A DNA stretch of 64,000 nt from an uncultured delta proteobacterium (GCA_963705165.1 CAVPJD010000008.1:64001-128000); one strand, 5' to 3'; positions 38,357 to 49,106 are shown, numbered from the stretch's first letter. Translations and numbers: made by a program. Notes: generated from the letters alone by a model not told the origin.

Positions 38357-39367
38357 ATGACGACCTTTACACCCCGCGAAATCAAGAACCGGAAATTCAA
38401 GCAGAGCCTGATGGGAGTCGATGCCGAAGAGGTGAAGAGCTTCCTCAAAATCGTGGCGACGGAGTTCGACAAGATCCTCACCCAGAATGCCCAGCTGGAG
38501 AAGAGGCTCACCGAGCAGACCGTCCGGTCCACCCTCACCACCAAAAAGGAGGCGGAAAAGAACGCCGAAAAGAACAGGCAGTCCATCGAGGATGCGGACA
38601 AGACTGCCGGGGAAGTCATCTCCCGGGCGAAAGAAGAGGGCGATGAAATCCGCCAGAAGGCCGAGCGGGAGGCCACAGAGCTGCGGCGAAAGATCGAGCG
38701 GGAGGCCCAGGAGAAGGCCCGTAGAGAAACGGCCCTGATGCTCTCACAGGCGAAGGTGATGGCCGACGAGATCACCCTCAATGCCAAACAGAAGGCCGAG
38801 AAGATCGAGGCCGAGGCCAGGGCGACAGCCGCCTCGATGACCGCAGCCGCATCGAGAACCGCGCCCGAGTTCGAGCGCCCCCTGTCCGTCTCCGAGAAAC
38901 CCGCAACACCGCCCGAGAGCATAGGCACCGAGGTGGACGACTGGGACATGAAACACGCCGAGGAGGCCCAGAAGAACTTTGACAGGCTCATCAGCGAGGC
39001 CATGGCAAGGGCCGAGTCCATCATCCAGAACACCCGCGCCGAGGCCGAGATGATCACGAGCGGCCTCATCGGAAAGACCCTGAACGAGCTCAACAAGGAG
39101 CATGAGCGTCTGCTCGCCGCCGTGCAGAACGCCGTCCACAAGTCCGAGGAGATCGTCAAGACGGCCCGCCAGGAGGCGGAGCAGTTCGCCCAGCAGCGAA
39201 AATCCGACGCCGTCGAACAGTGCAACGCCGTGCTGCTGGAAGCGGAGCGCAAAGCCGGCGCCATCTTCGACAGCCTCAAGGCCCAGGCGGACTCCAGGAA
39301 AACGAAGTCCGAGGGCGATGGAAAGACGGCGGCCGGCGGCAGAAAGGTCAGTCAGAAATACCAGTGA
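38357..39367 (+). CDS. DivIVA-domain coiled-coil protein
   Basis: FTPREIKNRKF..SLMG.D.EEV..FL N-terminal motif; long A/E/K coiled coils. Confidence 0.85.
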   Translation: MTTFTPREIKNRKFKQSLMGVDAEEVKSFLKIVATEFDKILTQNAQLEKRLTEQTVRSTLTTKKEAEKNAEKNRQSIEDADKTAGEVISRAKEEGDEIRQKAEREATELRRKIEREAQEKARRETALMLSQAKVMADEITLNAKQKAEKIEAEARATAASMTAAASRTAPEFERPLSVSEKPATPPESIGTEVDDWDMKHAEEAQKNFDRLISEAMARAESIIQNTRAEAEMITSGLIGKTLNELNKEHERLLAAVQNAVHKSEEIVKTARQEAEQFAQQRKSDAVEQCNAVLLEAERKAGAIFDSLKAQADSRKTKSEGDGKTAAGGRKVSQKYQ

Positions 39368-39413
39368 AGAAATGCCGAAGGGCAGGCCCCCCCTCCTTCC
39401 CCGGCCCTTCAGC

Positions 39414-39443
39414 AAAAAGCCCCGCCTCTGCGCGGGGCTTTTT
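39414..39443 (+). terminator. Intrinsic terminator
   Basis: AAAAAGCCCCGC-CTCT-GCGCGGGGCTTTTT. Confidence 0.75.
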
Positions 39444-39556
39444 GTTCTTCGATCTCCCTGCCGGGCCGCGCGCAGTGGAGCAAATTGCTTTGCATTTGAC
39501 CCGTCTATGTGGAAAACTATCTCCTGTCCGGAATCCCCGGCGAGGAGAGCCATGCC

Positions 39557-40135
39557 ATGAAGAAAGGAAAGAAGGTCCTGGTCCTGCTGGGAAGCCCCAG
39601 GCGAAAGGGCAACAGCGCCATCCTTGCGGAAAAGATCGCCGGGGGCGCGAAGGCTGCCGGTGCGGCCGTTGAGACGGTCTTTCTTCACGCACTCGCCATC
39701 GCCCCCTGCAAGGCCTGCTATGCCTGCCAGAAGCCGAAGAGCAAGGGGTGCTCCATCGACGACGACATGCAGCCCCTCTATCGGAAAATGATCGAGGCCG
39801 ATGCCTGGGTGCTCGCAAGCCCCGTATACTGGTTCACGATGTCCGCCCAGTTGAAGCTCTGGATGGACCGCTGCCTGGCGTTCGGTGCCTACGGGAAGGA
39901 CCCCTTCGAGGGCAAGCGAATCGCCGTGGCCATGACCTACGGCGGCGAGGACCCCTTCGACTCGGGCTGTGTCAACGCCCTGCGGACCTTTCAGGATGCG
40001 TACAACTACGCGGGCGCAACGCTCGTCGGGATGGTCTACGGAAGCGCCATGGAGGCAGGCGATATCAAGGCCAACAAGACCCTGCTGAAAGAGGCAAGGG
40101 CACTGGGAACGAAACTCGTGGATCACAACGATTGA
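39557..40135 (+). CDS. Iron-sulfur flavoprotein (flavodoxin family)
   Basis: GSPRRKGNS, CKACYAC..C..DDM, SPVYW. Confidence 0.92.
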   Translation: MKKGKKVLVLLGSPRRKGNSAILAEKIAGGAKAAGAAVETVFLHALAIAPCKACYACQKPKSKGCSIDDDMQPLYRKMIEADAWVLASPVYWFTMSAQLKLWMDRCLAFGAYGKDPFEGKRIAVAMTYGGEDPFDSGCVNALRTFQDAYNYAGATLVGMVYGSAMEAGDIKANKTLLKEARALGTKLVDHND

Positions 40136-40149
40136 CGGAGGGATCGGGG

Positions 40150-40725
40150 ATGAGCACGGAGGGTTTTGGCTTCGAGAAATGGTTCGTCGAGACGATGATG
40201 GGCCTGGCCCCCGACCCGGACACGATCCGGGCAGACGGCGCACCCCGTGACATGACGGATATTGCCTCCAACAAGTGCTTTTCGCTGAGCTTCGCCTCGG
40301 GGATGATGCCCGGCCCCTTCGGGATGGCGACGATCCTGCCGGAACTTGCGGCGCTCACGAAGATCCAGATGGATCTCATCTACAAGATCGCCAAGTACCA
40401 CGACAAGCTCGACAAGGTGAACCGCCCGCTCGTTCTCTACGTCTTTGCCTGCGCGCTGGGGGTGACGGCAGGGCGCCTGCTGGTGCAGAAGGTGGGCTCG
40501 CGGATGATCATCAAGGCGCTGAGCACCCAGGCGGCGCAGAAGGTGGCTGCGGCCATCGGCGCGCGGATCGGCTCGAGCTTCCTGCAGCGCAGCGCCGGCC
40601 GCTGGATCTGCGTGGCCACGGCCCCGGTGTTCGCCTGGCTATCCAAGAGGATGACGGAAAAGGTCGGCGAGTACGCAGACGATCTCTTCAGGCAGGACAT
40701 CGAGATCGAGAAGATCGAAGGCTGA
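40150..40725 (+). CDS. Hypothetical protein (EcsC-like)
   Basis: PGPFGMATILPEL..Q...IYKIA pattern. Confidence 0.6.
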   Translation: MSTEGFGFEKWFVETMMGLAPDPDTIRADGAPRDMTDIASNKCFSLSFASGMMPGPFGMATILPELAALTKIQMDLIYKIAKYHDKLDKVNRPLVLYVFACALGVTAGRLLVQKVGSRMIIKALSTQAAQKVAAAIGARIGSSFLQRSAGRWICVATAPVFAWLSKRMTEKVGEYADDLFRQDIEIEKIEG

Positions 40726-40771
40726 AGGAGCGGGGCGCCGCTTCGGCCGACCGGAATCGCCGGAGGGAGAC

Positions 40772-41032
40772 GTGGACGATCACATCGCCCTGGACCAGCT
40801 CGAGGCGCTGGCGTACGGCCTCGGGATCGAGGTCCGGTACGAGAAAATCCCGCAGGACGATGTCACGATCTCCGGGGGGCTCTACCGGCTGAAGGGGAAG
40901 AACGTCATCGTCATCGACTCGCGGGCAAAGGCGAAGGACCGCATCCGGACCCTGGTGCAGGCCCTCAAGCCCTTCGATCTCACCAACGTCTACATCCGCC
41001 CCGCCCTGCGGGAGCTGCTGGAGAGAGAGTGA
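40772..41032 (+). CDS. Hypothetical protein
   Basis: GGAGGGAG RBS with GTG start; LGIEVRYE..GG.Y..YIRPALRELL. Confidence 0.75.
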   Translation: MDDHIALDQLEALAYGLGIEVRYEKIPQDDVTISGGLYRLKGKNVIVIDSRAKAKDRIRTLVQALKPFDLTNVYIRPALRELLERE

Positions 41033-41038
41033 GGCGCC

Positions 41039-41356
41039 TTACTTCGCCTCCCCCGTTGTCGGCATTGCGGCCACTCCCGCCTTGAAGCTGAAATCCCCGA
41101 GGGGCCTGAAGAAGGTGTACTTGAAGGGCTCCTCCACGAGCAGCTGCCCCGTCTTTTCTACGCTGCCGCTTGGAATGGAGAAGGGCAGCGCGACGACGTA
41201 AATCACCGTGCCGAAGACGACGGAGACAAGGCCCACGGGCCTCGCGATGAGGACGTCGGCCACGATCCCCATGCCGTCCGTGGCCTCGCCGAAAGCCGGC
41301 GCCGTGCTCACGATCAGGGCACAGACCACGAGCATTGCAATCGATGTCTTTTTCAT
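41039..41356 (-). CDS. Hypothetical exported/membrane protein
   Basis: AGGAGG RBS; DVLIARPVGL..LPF..YTF.RPLG. Confidence 0.75.
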   Translation of the reverse strand: MKKTSIAMLVVCALIVSTAPAFGEATDGMGIVADVLIARPVGLVSVVFGTVIYVVALPFSIPSGSVEKTGQLLVEEPFKYTFFRPLGDFSFKAGVAAMPTTGEAK

Positions 41357-41487
41357 GAACAAACCTCCTTGAGAACCTCTTTTTCGATCCAGATCATTCT
41401 CTTCGACTGCAGTTTCGCCTTCCCGCCGCCGAATGTCAATACGACAAGAGCATGATTTCCGCCTACGAATATTTTCCGATGCCGGCC

Positions 41488-42597
41488 TCATCCGGGCTTC
41501 CTACTCCGTGAAATGCCGGTCCGTCTCCTTTTCACCGCAGTCAAGAATGCGACCTCCCCTGAAGACACCGGCGTGTTGCGTTTCAGCGCCTCCCGGTACA
41601 GAGCCAGATTCTCATCGAGCATCTCCGGGATGGGCAGCTCATAGGGGCACCGTTCGATGCAAGCCCCGCACTGGTCGCAATTCTCGGCACTTTTCAGGGC
41701 ATCCCGGGAGAAATTCAAGGCGAAATCTCCCTGGAACCGCTTGAGGATGGACTTGAAGCCCACTGCCTCGGGGATCCGGACCCCTTTTTCGCAGGGCAGG
41801 CAGTAGCCGCAGCGGTGACAGAACCGCGTCCCCAGGTCGGCCCGGATCTTGTCCATGTCGGCACGGTCCGCCTGGCTGAGTTTCCGCCGCTTTTCATACA
41901 GGGCCACGATCTCGTCCATCTCCGCCTTCGAAATCACGCCCGGATTCGGGATCACCTGGGGATACTGCTGCAGGAATCTCATGCACAGATCCGGCCGCTG
42001 CAACAGCCCCCCGCCAAGGGGCTTCATGCCGATCACCCCCATACCCATCTCATCGGCCACGCCAAAGAGTTCCTCGGCCGCCTCCGTCTCGATAAAGTTG
42101 AAGGGGATCTGCACGGTCGAAAACAGGCCCCGGCGGCACACACCGGCAGCAAATTTCACATTATGGGAGGAAAAACCGATGAAGCGGACCGTGCCGTCCT
42201 TCCGGGCTTTTTCCACCGCCCTGTAGGCGCCATCGGGGGCAAGGACCTGGGCAAGTGTTGCGTCGTTGGAGACATTGTGCAGCTGGTAGATGTCGATGCG
42301 GTCGGTCGTGAGGTTTTCGAGGCTCTGCCAGATGTGCTTTTCCGCCGTCTCCTTATCCCTCTTGAGGGTCTTGGTCGCAATGACGACCTTGTCCCGGACG
42401 CCGCTCAACGCCTTTCCGACTTTCTTTTCGCTGTCCCCGTACACGTTGGCCGTGTCGAAAAAGGTGATCCCTAGATCGTAGCAGTGGCGCACGACTTCGG
42501 CGCCTTCCTCGAGGGGCAGCGGGATGATGGGGATCCCGCCGAACCCGATTTCCGAAACGATCAGCCCCGTGCCTCCCAGTTTCACTTTCTTCATCAT
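41488..42597 (-). CDS. Aldo/keto reductase with C-terminal 4Fe-4S domain
   Basis: GFGGIPI, DTANVYG, ATK, MKPLGGG; CHRCGYC and CDQCGAC..CP. Confidence 0.92.
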   Translation of the reverse strand: MMKKVKLGGTGLIVSEIGFGGIPIIPLPLEEGAEVVRHCYDLGITFFDTANVYGDSEKKVGKALSGVRDKVVIATKTLKRDKETAEKHIWQSLENLTTDRIDIYQLHNVSNDATLAQVLAPDGAYRAVEKARKDGTVRFIGFSSHNVKFAAGVCRRGLFSTVQIPFNFIETEAAEELFGVADEMGMGVIGMKPLGGGLLQRPDLCMRFLQQYPQVIPNPGVISKAEMDEIVALYEKRRKLSQADRADMDKIRADLGTRFCHRCGYCLPCEKGVRIPEAVGFKSILKRFQGDFALNFSRDALKSAENCDQCGACIERCPYELPIPEMLDENLALYREALKRNTPVSSGEVAFLTAVKRRRTGISRSRKPG

Positions 42598-42652
42598 TTT
42601 CTTCCTTCCGTTTACAGGATTCCGGTGACGATCCGCCGCGGCCACCTCACGA

Positions 42653-43319
42653 TCAGTCAACCCAGTGAACGATCTCCCTGAGCTCCGCCCTCTTCCTCTC
42701 GAACCGGTTGAGGGGATAGTCCGGATCGGGGTGCCCCAGGGCGATCGCCACGACGATCCGCCGGTCATCGGGGATAGAGGCGATCTTCCGTAACCGGTCG
42801 GGGTACCGCACCGCGGCCGCCATGATGCAGGTTCCGAGACCCTTTCCATGGGCGAGCAGGCAGATCGACTGCACGACTAGCCCCACGTCGAGCATGGCGT
42901 ATTCGACAAGCGATTCCCTCGTGGATGCAGGCAACGATCATGCAGGGCGCACCGAAGAGAGACGCCATGCGTGCGTAAAGCTGATTGCGGGCATCCTTGT
43001 CCGCCCGGTTGATCCCCAGCATGTCCAGCATTCCCTTGCCCAGCTCGCCGTAGCGCGCTTTCAGCGCTGCAGGCCAGGTATCCGGCATGGGGACGTCCGG
43101 TGAGGAGGGGAGTTCCTCCTCCAGCATGCGCCCATTGTCTTCCTTGAATTCCGCCAGGGGCCTTCCCGTCAGCACGTAAAACTCCCAGGGCTGCGTGTTC
43201 CCCCAGGAGGGTGACCAGCGGGCCGCATCGAGGATCTCCTCGACGATGACCTCGGGAACCTCTTTGTCGGTGAACTTCCGGATGCTTCTCCTGCCTCTCA
43301 CAGCCGCTTCCAGTTCCAT
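42653..43319 (-). pseudogene. Nitroreductase with a +1 frameshift near 42923 (or sequencing error)
   Basis: RRSIRKF and SPSWGNTQPW N-part; LDVG..GLGTC..ALGHPD C-part in another frame. Confidence 0.8.
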
Positions 43320-43428
43320 GGCCCGCCTCCTGCTCAACGTCAAAATGGATTTTTCTGCCCGCCCTGGCCGATGATACTCCCCTGCTGCATCAAAGGGAAC
43401 GGCCCTCGCGAAGGTTCCCCGCCTGAGG

Positions 43429-44763
43429 TTACCGCGGATCGGTCCTTTCGAGTTCCGGATCGATCAGGCGGATGAGCTTCTGTCGGACCATCTCAATGTG
43501 CTCTTTCAGGATGAAGACTTCATCATAGAAGGCCACCGACACGCGGATCTTGCAGACAGCTTCCTCGATCCGATCCAGCCTCGCGTGGTAGCCCTCGACC
43601 CGCTCCGGGCGCTGATGCTCCTTCAGCTCCTCCTCGAGTTCCCTGAGCTCGCGATACCAGCGATAGTACTTCGAACGGTTCCGCCACGTGTAGAACCACG
43701 GCAGGATCCCGATCAAGGGGACCAGCACAATCCCGATCGAGATCAGGACCAGCAGCATGCGATCGACAATAGTGGCCGCCCAGAATGGCAGGTAGCCGTG
43801 GAGCCAGGAGCCGCCTGACCGGTAGAACCGCTGCGCCTGCTCGCTGATCGGGAAATCCTGCGTTTTCATCGACGGGAACTCCCCCGCCCTGTGGACCCAG
43901 CCGGCCCCGCCGTGGATCTCGACGGCGGCCTTCAGGAGAAGGTATGCCAGTGCCGGGTGCAGGTTCTTCTGCACCAGCAGATTGGTCGTTGGGGCCAGCA
44001 GGTGGATGTCGGATGCCGGAAATCGCTTCGACAGGCCGAGAATCCCCTTCGGCAGGACCACGTGGGACAGATGAGGAAAGAGCCGCGTGTAGGCCTCGGC
44101 CTGGCTCATGCTCATCAGCTTGATGCCCGGCGCGGTGATCAGCTCCCTGACCAGCGCGCTGTCGGTGGAGCCGAAGGTCAGGACCGCGTCCACCTTACCC
44201 TCCATGAGCGCCCGTCCCGCCTCGGGGTTGGGGTACTCGTGCAGGACCGCAGGCGGGACGGAGACGTTGGCCGCCTTCAGCAGATCGAGAGAGATCTTTC
44301 GCACGCCGCTTCCCTCCGGGCCGATGCTGACCCGCTTTCCCCTGAGCTGCGAGAGGTCATCGAGCGTTTCGTCGCCCCGGTAAAAGACCCAAAGAGGGGT
44401 ATAGAAGATGCTGCCGAGAGACTCGAGATTCGCGGCATCCTCCGGTTTTCCCATGCCGTCCTGGACGAATCCTGCATCGACGGACCGGGACTCATCTTTC
44501 AGGCGCCTGAGATTATCCACGGCGCCCGTTGAAGGAAGCAGTTTCAGATGGACCCCGTCGCGGGCCAGAATCTGGCGGTAGCGCTCACCAAAGATGACAA
44601 AGGAGCCGCCTTCCATTCCCGTCGTCATGCTCAGCGTTCTTGGCGGAACGGGTTGGATGAAACGATAGCTCGCCCAGCCGACGAACACGATGATCAGCAG
44701 GACCGGGATCAGGATAAACAACGCGGTTTTCGGGGTCAGTTCTCTGATCTTGTTTCGTCTCAT
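43429..44763 (-). CDS. TAXI-family TRAP solute receptor, membrane-anchored long form
   Basis: STGAVDNL, GFVQDG, IGPEGSG, RYLPFW-like C-terminal TM. Confidence 0.85.
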   Translation of the reverse strand: MRRNKIRELTPKTALFILIPVLLIIVFVGWASYRFIQPVPPRTLSMTTGMEGGSFVIFGERYRQILARDGVHLKLLPSTGAVDNLRRLKDESRSVDAGFVQDGMGKPEDAANLESLGSIFYTPLWVFYRGDETLDDLSQLRGKRVSIGPEGSGVRKISLDLLKAANVSVPPAVLHEYPNPEAGRALMEGKVDAVLTFGSTDSALVRELITAPGIKLMSMSQAEAYTRLFPHLSHVVLPKGILGLSKRFPASDIHLLAPTTNLLVQKNLHPALAYLLLKAAVEIHGGAGWVHRAGEFPSMKTQDFPISEQAQRFYRSGGSWLHGYLPFWAATIVDRMLLVLISIGIVLVPLIGILPWFYTWRNRSKYYRWYRELRELEEELKEHQRPERVEGYHARLDRIEEAVCKIRVSVAFYDEVFILKEHIEMVRQKLIRLIDPELERTDPR

Positions 44764-44877
44764 TGCGGATTCTCATCTCGGCGTATCTCTCATCTCGCAC
44801 GCTCCGAAAGCAAAGGGATTTCCCTCCCGTCTCTCTCGAAGATCGCGCTTCGCGCAAACGTCCGACGGCAGTCGGCT

Positions 44878-45753
44878 CTACCCCTTGAGGTACTTGCCGA
44901 ACCAGGCGATGCAACGGCCCCAGGCGTCTTTGGCGGCCTCGGCGCGGTAGCTCGGCCGGTAGTCGGCGAAAAAGGCGTGCGGCGCCCCCGGGTAGATCAC
45001 GAACTCGGCCGTCTGGCCTGCCGCTTTCATCGCCGCCTCCAGCGCCTTGACATCGGCCACGGGAATGCCCAGGTCCTCGGCGCCGTAAAGACCCAACACA
45101 GGCGCGTTGATCCTGGCCGCCACATCGAGCGGCCCCACGGTGCGCACACCGGGTGTCAGGGCCGGCCGCAGCTGGCCGTACCAGGGGACGGCCGCCTTCA
45201 GCTCCCGGCTGTGGGCGGCATAGAGGAGCGTGTACATCCCGCCGCGGCAGAATCCCGTCATCCCGACCCGGTCGGGCCGTGCGGACGGCTGTTTTTTGGC
45301 CCAGGCCACGATGGCATCGAGGTCGGCCATGACCCGGGCATCGGGGACGGGGTCCACGACCTTGCGCACGGCGTCGAGGTCGGGCAGATGCTGCACGCCT
45401 CCCTCCCTCGCATAGGGCTCGAAGGTGACGGCCAGGAATCCCTCCCGGGCAAATCTTCGCGTCACGTCCCGGATGTGCTCGTGCATTCCGAATACCTCCG
45501 GGATGACCACGACCACCGGGTATTTCCCCGGCGCTGCGGGCCGCGCCTCATAGATGGGGACCTGGAACCCGGCAGAGAGCACCGCGGCATCGGCGGTGAT
45601 AAGGCCCTCCGCGGAGGTGGCAACGACCTTCCCCGCCACCGGGGTTGCGGCGATGGCAAACCCCGCGAGCCCGACGCCTGCCACACCCACCTTCGCGAGA
45701 AACTCCCGCCGCGACAATCCTTCATACGCATTTGCCAGCCAGTCTTCGACCAT
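44878..45753 (-). CDS. Dienelactone hydrolase family protein with Tat signal
   Basis: SRREFL; EVFG..HI; GFCRGG; YPGAPHAF. Confidence 0.92.
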   Translation of the reverse strand: MVEDWLANAYEGLSRREFLAKVGVAGVGLAGFAIAATPVAGKVVATSAEGLITADAAVLSAGFQVPIYEARPAAPGKYPVVVVIPEVFGMHEHIRDVTRRFAREGFLAVTFEPYAREGGVQHLPDLDAVRKVVDPVPDARVMADLDAIVAWAKKQPSARPDRVGMTGFCRGGMYTLLYAAHSRELKAAVPWYGQLRPALTPGVRTVGPLDVAARINAPVLGLYGAEDLGIPVADVKALEAAMKAAGQTAEFVIYPGAPHAFFADYRPSYRAEAAKDAWGRCIAWFGKYLKG

Positions 45754-46300
45754 AGGAACCTCCTTTTTTGACAATGGAATCATTATTATAATGAGGAAAA
45801 TGCGCACCTGCCACTGTTTTTGTCTCCTGATTTTTGAGCCTGCTTTTCCGTTGCCGTATCATGTAGAATGAATGAGTGTACGGATCCGGTTGCGTTGTCG
45901 CCATTGAAAACGCAAATCCGCCTGCTCACGGTAAACCAAACACGCCGTGAAACGTTTATCTGAATATAGTGTGTTTTACGCGGGCATGTCCCGTGAGGTC
46001 GCGGCAGTTTTTCCCGTCCGTGACTGGTGGGAACGGGATTAAAATTCCTCGCACCAAGGTGCCAGGAATTTAGAAATTTATTTTGCTAATTGGTTTATCT
46101 GTTATTATGCTCGATTACCCCGCAGCAACGTTCGACAAGCTCACGTCAGGCGCTGCGGGGACCGGGGGCGCATCCCGTCAGGGTGCGCAATCATGTCTAG
46201 TCCTTACATTACCGGGAAGCCACGCTGTGCGGAATCAGGCTTCAATGCGCGTGCAATCGTTTTCAACACACGCGGTCGGTAATTTGAAGTCCAACGGGGA

Positions 46301-47767
46301 ATGACCATGAACGCATTGAAATCCTTTCGAAATATGCTTGTCTGGCTCCTGGTCCTGCTGATGGCGATGCCGTCGCCGATCTTTGCCCAGGATAGCAAGA
46401 CAGCTCCAAAGAAGTTCTCCCAGGAGGAACTGGACCAGGTGCTGGCACCCGTCGCGCTGTATCCGGATTCGCTCCTTGCCCAGGTCTTCATCGCCGCCAC
46501 CTATCCCCTGGAAGTGGTGACGGCAGACCGCTGGGTCAAGCAGAACAAGGACCTCAAGGGGGAGGCGCTGAACAATGCCCTGGACAAGCAGCCCTGGGAT
46601 GCCAGCGTGAAGGCCCTCGTTCCTGTCCCCGATGTACTCTCGATGATGAGCCAGAAGCTGGACTGGACCCAGAAGGTGGGTGACGCATTCCTTGAGCAGC
46701 AGGCCGATGTCATGGACACCGTTCAGAAACTCCGGAAAAGAGCAGCCGATGCGGGAAACCTGAAGTCCACGGAACAGCAGAAAGTGATCGTGGAACGGGA
46801 AGTCATCCGGGTCGAGCCGGTCCATCCGCAGGTGGTCTACGTGCCCGTCTACGACCCCTGGTGGGTCTACGGGCCCTGGTGGTTGCCTGCCTATCCTCCC
46901 TATGTCGTCTATCCATATCCAGCCGGGGTGGCGATCGCCCCCGGGCAGATCTGGTTCGGGGCTGGCCCCTTCGTGGGGGCTTACTGGGGCAACTGGGGGT
47001 ACTGGGGCTGGCACAATCATGCATTCTATGTGAACCGGAATTACTATGCCCATGGCGGGTCCGTCGGCGCAGCCTTCGCAGGCGGTCATGGCGGCTCCGG
47101 CAGCGGGGCTGTCGGCGGAGCCGTCGCAACGCAGCCCTGGACGCATAACCCCGTCCATCGGGGAGGGGTTGCTTACCGGAACCAGGTCACCCGGGAACGG
47201 TTCGGACAGCAGGCAAACCGTGCAGCCGTGGAGAGCAGGCGGAATTTCCGAGGGTATGAAGGAAACTGGATCGAACGGGGTGCCAGGGCCGGCAGGACGA
47301 GCGGCGCGCCCGGCACCACTGGCAGACCCGATAGCGTGGCCGGGAGAACCGGAAGACCGGATACCATGGCCAGCCGGTCGGGCAGACCCGACAGCATGAC
47401 CAACAGAACGGGAAGACCCGATTCAGTCACCGGCCGGACAGGCAGAACCTCGGGAAGGCCTGATGCCGCCATGTCCCAGCCGTCCGCGGGTCGCCAGGCC
47501 CAGGACGGCACAGTGCGACCCTCCACGGTGGAGCGGAGCCGCTCGGGCCAGGTCTTCGAGGGTATCGGCAGGGGCAGCGAAGTCCAGCGGCAGAGCAACT
47601 GGGGCAGGGAAAGCCTGAACGCCGCGAGATCCAGCGGCGGTACGGTCGGTGATGCCATACGCGGCGGGGCGCGAGGCGGAGCCGAGCGAGGAGGCTTCGG
47701 CGGGGCCAGTGGCGGAGCCGGGAGAGGTGCTGTCGGCGGAGGCTTTGGGCGAGGCGGTCACCGGTAA
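46301..47767 (+). CDS. DUF3300 domain protein with RG-rich tail
   Basis: LAPVALYPDSLLAQ..ATYPLEV, WDASVKAL, VYVPVYDP. Confidence 0.9.
   Translation: MTMNALKSFRNMLVWLLVLLMAMPSPIFAQDSKTAPKKFSQEELDQVLAPVALYPDSLLAQVFIAATYPLEVVTADRWVKQNKDLKGEALNNALDKQPWDASVKALVPVPDVLSMMSQKLDWTQKVGDAFLEQQADVMDTVQKLRKRAADAGNLKSTEQQKVIVEREVIRVEPVHPQVVYVPVYDPWWVYGPWWLPAYPPYVVYPYPAGVAIAPGQIWFGAGPFVGAYWGNWGYWGWHNHAFYVNRNYYAHGGSVGAAFAGGHGGSGSGAVGGAVATQPWTHNPVHRGGVAYRNQVTRERFGQQANRAAVESRRNFRGYEGNWIERGARAGRTSGAPGTTGRPDSVAGRTGRPDTMASRSGRPDSMTNRTGRPDSVTGRTGRTSGRPDAAMSQPSAGRQAQDGTVRPSTVERSRSGQVFEGIGRGSEVQRQSNWGRESLNAARSSGGTVGDAIRGGARGGAERGGFGGASGGAGRGAVGGGFGRGGHR
47321..47440 (+). repeat. Intragenic 30-bp tandem repeat x4 (GRPDxxxxRT/S)
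   Basis: GGCAGACCCG/GGAAGACC(C/G)G every 30 nt. Confidence 0.85.
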
Positions 47768-47815
47768 ACGGAAAGCAAAGGTTCAACAGGCCGGGCAGGT
47801 TTTGCGCCGGCATTC

Positions 47816-48997
47816 TCAGGATCCGGACGCAAGGCGGTAGGGCGTCTTCAGGTATTGCCTGGCCTCCACCTTCGCAATGCTCTCCCCGCTCTCGACGGCC
47901 AGGGCCTTGGAATAGAACTCCATGGCCTGCTCCCGCTCGTTGCGAACGTCGTGGATCATCCCCAGGCGCACATAGGACCAGACCCTGACGCGGGCGTTAT
48001 AGTCGGAGGTGTCCATCAGGGATCTTAGGAAATAGTCTTCGGCCCTGGCATAGTCGCCCTGGTTGAGGTAAATCCTTCCCATCAGCTGGTCATGGCGGGA
48101 CTTGAGCTGCGGCGCGAAGGGCGGTTTTCCCGAGGTGATGCCCTTCTCGAGATCCCTGGCGATGGCCAGGGCCTCCCTGAACTGCTTGAGCTCAGACAGG
48201 ACATTGGCCAGGGCAAAGGAAAAATTGTAATTCCGGGGATACTTCTTCTGCAGCTCCCGGGCGAGAGGCAACGCCCGGGCAGGCTGCTTCTCGAAATTCA
48301 GATACACCGAGATGAGCTCGGACCGGGCAAGATCCCGGAGAAGGTCTCCCCGTGTCGCCGCCCGCTCCAGGTCCTGCAGCCCCCTGCGGCTGTCCCCCTG
48401 CGTGATCAACAGGGAAGAGAGGAAGCGCGACAGGTCGGGCAGATGGTCGATGTGGTAGCGGATCAGGCCCGTCAGCAGATAGCTGTCGTGATTCTCCGGA
48501 TCTTCCTGCTGCGCCCTCTCCAGGCAGGACCAGAGGCCATAGGCCTCCTGTGCTGCCGTGACCGGCTGTTTTTGCCTCAGGGCCCAGCGAAACTTCGCCA
48601 TCCTGGCCAGGGCCATGGCAAAGTATGCCTGGCCGTCCCGGGGATTTTTCCCGACCCGTTGCTCCCCCCGGGCCAGGGCCTTCGCGACACTGCTCAGCAT
48701 GGCCTCCTGGCTCGCCTCCCTCTGCTTCGCATCGAAGCTGACCTCGGAGCCGAAAAGGTGGTTCACCGCCAAAAAGGCATAGCCTGTCGGGTCTTCCGGG
48801 TCCAACTCCACGGCCTTCTGGAGTATAGCGTCGGCGCCCGGGTAGTCCATGTTGAATGCCCTGTCAATTCCCTGCCGCAGGATGGCGCGCATCCCGGCCG
48901 GCTGAAGCGACGAGGCCCCGGCCTCCGTGCCTGCAGCGACCAGCATGGCAATACCACAGAGGACAGTAAAAAGGATTGCGGTAACTCTTTTTCTCAT
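47816..48997 (-). CDS. Exported TPR protein
   Basis: Signal peptide; multiple TPR helix pairs. Confidence 0.8.
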   Translation of the reverse strand: MRKRVTAILFTVLCGIAMLVAAGTEAGASSLQPAGMRAILRQGIDRAFNMDYPGADAILQKAVELDPEDPTGYAFLAVNHLFGSEVSFDAKQREASQEAMLSSVAKALARGEQRVGKNPRDGQAYFAMALARMAKFRWALRQKQPVTAAQEAYGLWSCLERAQQEDPENHDSYLLTGLIRYHIDHLPDLSRFLSSLLITQGDSRRGLQDLERAATRGDLLRDLARSELISVYLNFEKQPARALPLARELQKKYPRNYNFSFALANVLSELKQFREALAIARDLEKGITSGKPPFAPQLKSRHDQLMGRIYLNQGDYARAEDYFLRSLMDTSDYNARVRVWSYVRLGMIHDVRNEREQAMEFYSKALAVESGESIAKVEARQYLKTPYRLASGS

Positions 48998-49106
48998 CGT
49001 ATTGCGTATTGCCCGTTGTTTACAGCCCTTTATTCTTCCCGAATCCCTCTTTTCTTACACTAGCCACAAACCACTAGTCACTTCTGCGCTGCTGCGAAGC
49101 ATCCGT

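Noticed and set aside
45800..46300. 500-bp intergenic region as a riboswitch or tRNA
   Set aside because: Only generic hairpins and a TTCGACAAGCTCA repeat-like stem; no recognisable aptamer or cloverleaf
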